A stretch of 59,731 nucleotides of DNA, counting the filler, from Sphacelaria rigidula (lineage: Eukaryota): NCBI GenBank assembly GCA_964200075.2. It is 8 parts of 8 records of this genome, joined end to end, with 100 filler letters (N's around TTAATTAATTAA, not from the genome) between each part and the next. Parts side by side here need not be neighbours in the genome. Positions count along the whole stretch, not along the records: positions 44,877 to 52,254 come from CAXNAA020015189.1; positions 52,355 to 59,731 come from CAXNAA020015190.1; 6 more parts are not named here. One strand, given 5' to 3'. A program made the position numbers and the translations under genes. This document shows, one piece after another, positions 50,803-59,731 of the stretch. Below the pieces are notes generated by a model. The model had not been told where the DNA came from and searched no databases. It saw only the letters and a program-made list of their open reading frames with translations. Position 1 is the stretch's first letter; each line of letters begins with the position of its first letter.

Positions 50803-51048
50803 CGGAATGTTGGCAGGATCCACAATGCTGAGCTGCGAAGTAAAAGGCATCTCCACCCCTCCTGCATACATTCCGCTTTTTGCAGGGACAGCAGCAGCTG
50901 CACCATCGCTCTTCTCGGTGGTTGCAGTGGTAGTCATGCCCATAACGACTTTACCGCCACCCCCAGTATTCGTGCGTGAAATGATTCCGGGTCCACGAGC
51001 ATATTGCGGACGCAAGCTTCTGGCCACGCGCCCTTGTACATATCGCAT
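50803..51048 (-). CDS. BCKDHA: 2-oxoisovalerate dehydrogenase E1 alpha, exon 1 (mitochondrial transit peptide-like)
   Basis: MRYVQGRVARSLRPQYARG (Arg-rich, no acidic residues) ... YAGGVEMPFTSQLSIVDPANIP|gtatga; phase 0; the start codon is inferred. Confidence 0.8.
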
Positions 51049-51379
51049 GGCCTGTACTAACCAACACATGTCGCGTTGCAAATAACAGGCGACGATCATA
51101 CAACGATGCGGGAGTTTTGATTACTGCAGACAGATGCAGCCAGGACGGAGGGTCGTGTAATGCAAAAGCCAGTGCCTCAGGCAATGCCCAACTGGTATAC
51201 GGCACTGCGGTACGAGCAGCCGGCGTCTTGTGGACAAAATTCTGACACTCGCTCGCAACTTTCTGCATCGTGTATGTTTTTTTCTCATATGTGTGGGGGG
51301 GGAATACTCATTTGTTGCTTGCCCATATCGATGCCCGCTAATGTGTGTTTACATCTACTCTGCTGCCCTGAATCCCTTG

Positions 51380-51710
51380 GGCTTTTTTCTTTCTTTTTTT
51401 TTCATAATTGTTTTGTATTTTATCTCATTTTATTTGCTCTGTACTTTCCTCTTCTTTTCCGTTTTTCCTTGTTTTACGGCGGCCATTTCTTTCTGTGCTT
51501 TGCTTGTGTTGACTTTTTTATTACCTTTTTTTTGTCACGACTTAGTCTGCTATGTCGTTCTCTTCGACCCTTTTTTTTTCTGTTCCTTCTTTTCCTTAAA
51601 GCGTGTTTCAGTTTTTATTTTGTTGGGTACGTCCATCATGAGACCACGGCTGGATCATGACCCCTGGGGGGTCAGTTAAAGTGCGACAATCGATCAATCA
51701 ACCAACCAAT
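51380..51710 (+). mobile_element. Probable LINE 3' end with (TCAA)n tail
   Basis: T-rich tract, then GAGACCACGGCTGGATC...GTTAAAGTGCGACAATCGATCAATCAACC; matches 8745-8995. Confidence 0.55.
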
Positions 51711-51997
51711 TTATATCGTCTGATTCATTTGTTGTTTGCCTTGGTCGTTTGACCATTGACCACGCATCTCTTCTGAGACATTTTCTTCGGGGAGGGGGTG
51801 ATCATTCGTCACAACTGCAGGCGACGGCAGCGCGTGCCATGCGGCAGTACAAGCCCTTTGCTGTGATTGCTACGTATTACAATGTGGCAAGAGCTATATC
51901 TAATCAGTACAAGACATGCCGATAACAATTAGCATCTCAATACTCCGACGGCAAGTGTTTTCATCATGCCATGCCATCTACGCATGTACCTTTACAG

Positions 51998-52206
51998 ATG
52001 TCCCACGGTGCTCCGGCAACCTTCACACGATACATCGCGATAGAAAACGAGGCGAGGACAGCTCTAGCCCGTTCGACTAGGAACAACATTGCGAAGATTC
52101 GAGTTATAGAAGGAATGCTGAAATTTTTGCGCGAGGAACTCAAAGCACGAACAGATGTAAAGCGTGCAGCGTTTGTCGGCGAGGAGATACTTCCTCTGTC
52201 CCATAA
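51998..52206 (+). CDS. Possible exon of an unknown gene divergent from BCKDHA
   Basis: tttacag|MSHGAPATFTRYIAIENEARTALARSTRNNIAKIRVIEGMLKFLREELKARTDVKRAAFVGEEILPLSH..|gtaaag; helical, protein-like composition; no family recognised. Confidence 0.4.
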
Positions 52207-52254
52207 GTAAAGTCCGTTATGTTTATACGAGCCCTTAACGGTGTCCGATTTGAT

Positions 52255-52354
52255 NNNNNNNNNNNNNNNNNNNNNNNNNNNNNNNNNNNNNNNNNNNNTT
52301 AATTAATTAANNNNNNNNNNNNNNNNNNNNNNNNNNNNNNNNNNNNNNNNNNNN
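52255..52354. other. Artificial contig-joining spacer
   Basis: 44 N + TTAATTAATTAA + 44 N. Confidence 0.98.
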
Positions 52355-53005
52355 GCACTTTGGCAGCCGGTCTTCTTGAGGGCCTGGGCGTACGATAACT
52401 GCCGGTATGTGCCACGCACTCGGTGGTACCCGATAACCCGCAACAGGAGCCGGTGGTGTACCGTCCTCAGTAACCGGTAGTAACGCGGCGTGGGGCCCAC
52501 GTCATGCATCCGTACAGTAGGGCCTCCATCGCCTCTGCTTTCAGTAGGCGGACCTTGATTTCCTACGGCGCTTCCGGTCGGTCGAAGAGTTCTCGGGAAA
52601 ATCTTTTGAGGCATGTCCACGCGGCTCTGCTCCGGTTGTTGATCTCTTGTGTGAGCTTGCCATCTTCGGTGATTAGCCCGCCCAAGTATCGGAACTGCGT
52701 GGCTTGTGCGTATGCCTGGTCCGCTGCTTCGATGACCAGTGGAGGTGGGGGTGGTGCTGGTGGCTTCCCTTTCTGTGGTGTTTTCGCGGATACGCGCATC
52801 AGAAGCGTCTCTGTCTTCTTTTCCGAGACCGTCAGTCCGAAGGCCCCAAACAGTTGCACTGTAACTCTCACAATTCTAGCCAGGACGTTAGGTGACCTCG
52901 ATACGACGGCCGCGTCATCGGCGTAAAGCATTCCCCGTACCGCCTGCCGTGCGCGTTCTAGAGGTGTCTCCGTCTCCCTCACCGTTTCCTCGTCGAGGTA
53001 CCAGT
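52355..53005 (-). mobile_element. 5'-truncated RTE-type LINE, reverse transcriptase region
   Basis: GMLYADDAAVVSRS...FGLTVSEKKTETLLM...FRYLGG...LLYGCMTW; one in-frame stop (~52563) and a frameshift. Confidence 0.93.
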
Positions 53006-55027
53006 GCGTCTATGGAATGCAGGTGGTTCACAAGGGTTCAATACGTCGTATTACACTCTGACCAGGTGTGACCATACTAAACATCAATGTTTTCGCTAGG
53101 TTGAGAGTGAGGACCCCAAGAATCGAAAATCCTCTCCCATTCATCGACCGCTGTTTCTTCGGAAACACTTTGCCGAGCCAGGCGAGAAGCGGCTCGAATG
53201 GAATCTCTTCGCCGTGGGATGAACCCAATCCATGCTTTGATTGCATTTGCCTCATAGGCCAGCAAAAATCTACAACTACTCCAGGTTTCCAGAAACGGTC
53301 GCTCAACCCACAGACAGCGAGAGTAGGTCATGTATTGAATCGGCATCAACTTCACTTCAACAAAGTATAAATTATCTAGATGGACTACCTTCTTCGCGGT
53401 CTCAGGGTTAATGCCTGAAACAGTTTCACTGCCGAAATGCCTCTCCAGGCCAAGTATACTTTCTGTCGAATCACAACTCGCCACTGCAGCCTCTGATGAT
53501 GACATACTTCCTCCGCTTTATAAGTTAGGGTACCTGAATTTGTACGGACTCTCAACCGTGTCCGATCTGTTTTTCGATCTTTTGTTGAAATCTTCGGTGT
53601 CTTTCGAGTTAAAAACTTGTTTTTTTTTGCCGGTGCTTGAACCATGAGGCCCAACGCCCGAAAGAAAATCAGTCGGCCCCCAAATGGCCGTATTTAACGC
53701 CTTTCCGACGGGACTGCATGACCATCGCAATCTCTACCACCATTATTATGTAGCGGCCATCAACCGATATCTCGGCGACCCGTTTGGCAGTGCTGGGGGT
53801 GTGCTGGGAGGCGAGTCCATCGCTAAAATGGTGTAGTGGGCAGGTAGGGTACTAATTTTGGACGTTTTTGAGAATTTCTCGAGAAATCTCGAAATCATTC
53901 TCAAAAAATATTCCCAAATTAGCCCAAATATGGTATGTATATATATTTAACCTATTTTAGGTTAAGGAATGGAACCCCGTTCGTTTGTTTGTTTTCTCTC
54001 TCGCTTTGTCTTCGTTTTATCTTTCCCACGAACCCGACTTAACTATCCTCACTAATACGGTTGTAGCCGGACAACGTATTGCTCATAGGTGCCCTAACTT
54101 ATGAGACAGAGGAAGTATCCCCGAGTAGGGTATCGACGCGTCCCTGTAAGCACACGACATTATATTACAGGCGAAACAGAATACAAAAGATGGAAATTGG
54201 TCACGTTAGCATGAATGATGAAGGTCGCTTTCAATCAAATGCCATTGGCTCTATTTGGCGGAAACGTTGTTTCTGCTGCGTTGGTTTACCTAAAAAAAGA
54301 GGAGAGTGCATAATCAGGCTGCTGCCACAGCACGACCGACCATGTACTCCTCGAGACGGCTACTCCAACCAAGGAAACTAGGATTCTCCCATCACCACAT
54401 ACACACGTGCGTCGCGTATTTGCGAAAACAATCGACAAAGTAGTATAATAGCGTTCATCACTGTTGTATCAGATTACAGTATTTTTGTTGCATTCATTGG
54501 TCTAGTCAATTGATAGCAGGAATCCAAAATTCCAGATTTCCAGAAACGATCGATCATCTTACCAATGTCCGAGATATCAATAACCAACAACAACAACCAG
54601 GAGGGTTCATGCGACTTCTTGTCAATCATGGAAGGTTGAAAACTATAAAAAATGGTACCATCTATACAGATTCAGATCTTCAAAAGGATGACAATCCCGA
54701 GTGCTTCGGTAGTGCGCAAAATCCATTTTGCTGAAATCGGCACCGCAGCAGGCGGCGCGGATTCGAGCTCTGTCGTCGTAGTCTTCGATTGAGACAGTAC
54801 ATATATGTCATTTTCCCGAGAGTTCTCGCCTTGGGTTGGTTGTTTTATCCCGAATGCGTCAACCATGATGTGATTTGACGACCGACATAACGGGTACACA
54901 ATTACACATGCTTAAATGCCGTCATATTCTAGCCAAAGCGTTCAACATGAAAGTGACGGCGAATGACATGGTGAGACACTGAACGCTTGTACAGCACCCA
55001 CTGAGTATATACGGGTACGAGCTGAAT

Positions 55028-55251
55028 ATGAGTGGATGTCACATGCATCGAGTGGCAGAAGTAGCAGGTATGGTGGTGGCGCTGACCCTTCTAGTTAAAG
55101 TAAGCAAGGCTTTCTCTTCTACCGCCGGCACCCCCCGCGCTACAACCACGGCGGCGTCCGCATCCAAAGGCAGCCCTGACGTCAACAGCAGCACCAGCAG
55201 CACCAGCAGCACCGGCATGTCTCGCAGCAGTAGCCGCGTGCCGCCCGAGTT
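55028..55251 (+). CDS. First exon of an unknown, probably plastid-targeted protein
   Basis: Hydrophobic signal-like VAGMVVALTLLVKVSKA followed by F and an S/T/A-rich transit-like stretch; strong donor TT|gtaagt; start at 55028 or 55043. Confidence 0.6.
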
Positions 55252-56036
55252 GTAAGTCTGTGAAATAGAGATAGTCAAGAATGAAATATGAGACCAAACA
55301 CGGTATTGTATGTGCTGTATTGCAATGACAGATGGCAACAGCTCGCGGCGCCTCTGTGATGTCTGGCGCGTTTTTGTGTTACGCACATGATCAATCATTT
55401 GTCAGTGTTAGCCTGATTTAGTGTCACGGTTTTTACCACCCTCTCCAAAAGCAAAAGAAAAAACAAGGTAGTGGAGCCAAAGAGCTATTTAAACAATGGA
55501 ACCATAGATGCTAGCACGGAACTGTAGATGATCTCTTCAGCTGTCTTTAAGAGGATTTCTGAATGCTACGTGCAACAAACTATCGTGGTGAGTGGATATT
55601 TTATATTCCCCAAAATTTGTATAACGCACAGTCATTTTCCATTTTGGCATCTCGCACGCGATCTCATTGAGCTCACGCTGTCCTGCCTAACCTGTCCTGT
55701 CACTGCACGAACAAGCAGGCCTTATTTGCAGCCATCGATCAAGCCTAAATATTATGCTCACAGGCCTACACATTAATTTGATATTGACTGGGCGTGTTTC
55801 CACAAGAGATACGGTATCTTGTTTCATTTGCTACGAAGGTCCATCAGTTTGGGACTTGCCAGCTGGTAGGTACTGTATTGATTGATTTGATTGATTGATT
55901 GTCGCACTTTGATCGATTGTCGCACTAGCACGTGGAGTTATCTCAGCACGTCTAGTGTGAAAAGAGATGTCGTAACATCTGTCCGGCTTGTTGGGGTACA
56001 AAATACGTCGAAAGAGGCCCTTGAAGCGAAATGATG

Positions 56037-57009
56037 CGAGGTTGTGTTCTATAGGGTACGGTTTTCTGTGTACCCCGGGTATTTTCCCGGGTATTTACCG
56101 TACCCGACAGTTCTGTAAACTCCGTAATACTTTTATGCCCTTACCCGATAATTTTGTAAGTTTTGGAAGCCTCACGAACCGTGGGCACGGGTACGCTCTT
56201 GATAAGACACCCGGTCGCGGGTAATAGAAAGCCTCATGCACCGGGTGCATTGTCGCGGGAAGTTGTAGGCCTGCCGTGGCCAGTTGAGACCAGGTATCAT
56301 TTATGTAATTAATTCACCCATATTTGCCCACTCACACACACACACACACCGAAAACACACCGAATGAGAAGTAACCGAACGAACACCAACACCAAGACTG
56401 AATGGAGTGAGGTAGTCATTCCTGGGGGATACGCTCATACAAAATGACATGTCATAATCCCATCTCTTCGCCACGCAAGAAAGCGTGTGCCGCCCCAGCA
56501 GATATGCACTGCAACCACTACATCGGGTATACCTTAAACAAACAGATTGATCTCTTATTCGTATTTCCCCTGCATGTCATGATCCAATCTCCGTATCTAT
56601 TTCTCTTGCATCCAGGCAGATGTACAGCTACAATCCTTGAGCGGAAGTACATTCGATTAGCCTCCCTGCTTTTTCTGTGCAGCCTCCATACCTTACCCGA
56701 CAGTTTCTGTGAGTTCTGCACGCCTCCCATACCGTTACCCGACAGTTCTGTGAGTTCTGTACAGAACACGTACCCGTACCCGGAGAGCGGGTGTGCGCTT
56801 GGAAGAATACCCGATTGCCGGTACGGTTTTTGTAAGCCTACCATACCCTACCCGACAAGTTCTGTCATTTCTGTGATACTTCCAAACCGGTATCCGACAT
56901 TCTTGTAATTTTTGTAAGACTTTCATACCGGTACCCGATATTTCTGTAAGTTCTGCAGGGAATCTCAAACCCTACAGAACATACCCGTACCCTACAAAAC
57001 ACAACCTTG
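56037..57009. mobile_element. Non-autonomous TIR element with 8-bp TSD (hAT- or P-like) and subterminal TACCCGACAGTTCTGT repeats
   Basis: CGAGGTTGTGTTCTATAGGGTACGG ... CCGTACCCTACAAAACACAACCTTG; flanks AAATGATG / AAACAATG (6/8 identical). Confidence 0.75.
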
Positions 57010-57254
57010 AAACAATGAACGCGGTTGTTTCGCCACGAGGACCTAGAGGCTCTGGGCCTCGTATGTTCACGATGTATCTCTGGGGCCTCTTGAACGTGAT
57101 GCTGCCATCACGTCGTTTCTATACTTGCGTGTTATTGACACTATCGATCAGCTTCTTCGTGTTTGATACTCAGACATGCATTACTACAGTAGTTTACATC
57201 TGAAATGAGAGATTTTCGTAGTTTTTTCGTAGTCGGGAACATTCGAACGTGTAT

Positions 57255-57610
57255 TCGCTTGCCACCGCTCATTCCAGTGATCGTTTAATCGCAAAATCTG
57301 GGGATCGAGAGATACTAGGCATCCCTCCCACCTTCCGATATAAGATCATATATTCGCTCAATATTGAACGACTTACGGGCTGACCAGTTTTCGGGGGTCC
57401 TGAGATGACCCAGCCCCAGGTTCTGACCCTTGAGTATTTTTGCTCGGTTGAAGCAATCCCAATCGTTTTCGTGAATACATGAAACGGATTGTTTTTTTTA
57501 ATTGCTACATATTTATTGCGCTAGAGCCGAAAAACTGTGTTTTTGGGCCAGTGACGGTCGATAACAGCCCCTGATGAACGAGGTACTTTCTCCCTATCAC
57601 CCCGACAACA
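57255..57610. repeat. Unclassified interspersed repeat, homologous to 6000-6335
   Basis: Collinear shared blocks, as listed for 6000-6335. Confidence 0.75.
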
Positions 57611-59059
57611 TCAATTGAGGATTGTGCTCTGAGCACGACCTGCTTTTCTTTCTAATGCCTATCGACGCAAAGTGAAGACCTTTAAGCGCCAAGGACGGAT
57701 GCAACGCGAGAAAATTCAGAAAAGTACCCGATCTCTGCATAGCACAGGCGGCGGTGAACTAATTCCGATCACTCTCTTGAATGATTATACGGCCTTTTTT
57801 TTTTCCATGTATTAATTGCTAATTGCGCTAGAGCCGAAAATGAAAGTGTCTTCGACCAAAAACGTTCAAAAACACCCCCTGTCAAGTCAGCTCGAAAGTC
57901 GTTCAATATTGAGCCCAGACACGATATTCGTTACGGAATGTGGAAGGGATGCCTCGTTTTTCTCGACTACGAAGTGTTGGAGTCAACCGCTCGCTGGGAT
58001 GAGCGATGACACGCAAAAAAAACGTTGAAAATCGCCGACTACAAAAAAAAAATGAAAATATTCTATTCCAGATTAAAAATGCTATACTGTACAGTGGGTG
58101 TTGGATACAAAGCTGTGCTGGATCATATTTCGGTACACGATTTTGGTACACTTTGACTTCATGGTAGTTGCGGAGACTGCCCAACTTCTCACGTTGGCTG
58201 ACATGCGCCATGAACAAACCTTTCACAACGGATGACAGACCACCCATGACCCCTAGATCATGTGCATTCCTTTTCGCATCTCAACAGACGTCGCAGCACT
58301 AGAGATGCCTGCATTGAGTGCCAGCACAGCGGTACCACAAAGCAGCCACCGTGGTACGATCCGCGTAAGAAGTGGAGTGCAATGCAACTTTTGGGTCATT
58401 GTTTTACCCTTCATGTGACTTATGAATTTCTTCGACGAGATTCGTGTACATCCACAGCACCTTTTACCGTAGAACGCAAATGATCTCCAGACTACGGGCG
58501 CCGCCTCAGTAATTTTTTCAGAGTAATGTAGTGTGACAGTGGGCGTCTCCAGTACTGCCGTCACGCTTGTCCTCGAGAGAAGTTTGTACACTCCACACCG
58601 GCTTCAAACTCGTCCCTTGCTTGTCCCACACCAGCTCGTTTTGCTCCGTAATGTCGACCAGACTTTGCTGTTCACCGATGGAATAGATTTTAATCTTCTC
58701 GTAATCGTTTATGCTCACTGGGTGCTGAATTTGACAATGAGGGTCAAGTGTGGAGACTCCGGTCCCGTAACCCGGGATATTTGTCATAATTCGTTGTAAA
58801 ATGCGTGCGCGTTTCAAACTGTTGATGTACGGAGAGAGCATGTTCTTGACGTCTTGTTGCCCCTTCGTTTCTATCCCCCGATAGGCATCCACGAGTTTTC
58901 ATTCCCCGCACCCAATAGCATGGTGGTCGTCTCGTACCCACGGGAGGCCTCTCCCGCACTGCCAACTTGTGTGTGCCCCACACTACTTCCAGTAGTTGAG
59001 ACTCTACAACTAGAGCACAGACACAGTTGCTGCGGTCGCCAGACTTCCGTCGGAGGTTA

Positions 59060-59320
59060 GAGTGATGCTACGATACAGGGGGGAAGGGGGGTAGGTAGGT
59101 GTTTTGACGAAAAACAGGGGCTCACAGGTGTGTCGGACGACCGACCTACTCGCGGTGCGTTCGTATTTTGGGTGAAAACGGTGTCGAGTGATATGAGTCG
59201 AGTCTGTCGTATTAGTAACCGGTGCGTTCGAACATACGGGGCAGCTTTCAACGACGATCTGAGGTGGAATTTCGTGGAAGAAATGGCCCAAAATACCCCC
59301 CTCCTATCATAGCATCACTC
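59060..59320. mobile_element. Complete GAG...CTC MITE with near 4-bp TSD (Sola-like)
   Basis: GTTA|GAGTGATGCTACGATACAGGGGG ... CCCCCTCCTATCATAGCATCACTC|GTGA. Confidence 0.8.
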
Positions 59321-59731
59321 GTGAGAGTATTTTTTCGTCGTGTAATGGAGGTGCCACACTGGGTTGACCAGCAATGCTTGACCGTGTTTTGGAGACGCTT
59401 GGTCAGTGATACGCATGACCGCGCGGACACGACGTCATAGTCACGGTACGGTACGGTAGAGCTATGATGAAAAATATTGGGCAAACGTCACAGCAGGGTA
59501 TACCATGGTGTATCAGCGACAAACCTGGGTACCCTCTTTATTTGGAGGAGAAATGAGAGCAGTTGACTGGTCAACGACCATTTTCACCCGGCGGCGGCGG
59601 TAGACGGCCACGGTATACCCTGCTGTGACTACTTTTCTCCCAGTTGTACCCTTGTTTTTGGAAATTGTACCCACATGTGACGGGAAATCAGTCTCTTCCA
59701 TCGGCCATCTTCGACGCAACAATCGCTTCCC

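Overview
This is not one locus. It is eight unrelated eukaryotic fragments of about 7.38 kb (1-7380, 7481-14860, 14961-22339, 22440-29818, 29919-37297, 37398-44776, 44877-52254, 52355-59731), joined by identical artificial 100-nt spacers (44 N + TTAATTAATTAA + 44 N), so nothing can be inferred from adjacency across spacers. The DNA looks stramenopile, most likely brown-algal (inference): short exons, long repeat-rich introns, an EGF/mastigoneme-type protein and a signal-peptide+AF plastid-targeting-like exon. I could hand-splice four partial host genes with phase-consistent exons: insulysin/M16A peptidase (3 exons, minus), an EGF/tenascin-like protein (6 exons, plus), a carotenoid cleavage oxygenase (3 exons, minus) and BCKDH E1-alpha (5 exons, minus, probably followed by a GC-AG intron). 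A few orphan exons are also present. Most of the other recognisable sequence is transposon-derived: a decayed Ty1/Copia carrying three nested insertions, LINE RT fragments, a tRNA-derived SINE sharing its 3' end with putative LINE tails, and many non-autonomous TIR/foldback elements. I found no CRISPR array, rRNA, intact tRNA or convincing new multi-gene system. The most unusual items are fully palindromic elements with AAC...GTT ends and 4-bp target duplications, a TGT...ACA (Ginger-like) MITE carrying telomere-like TTAGGG motifs, and a direct-inverted-direct triplicated unit.
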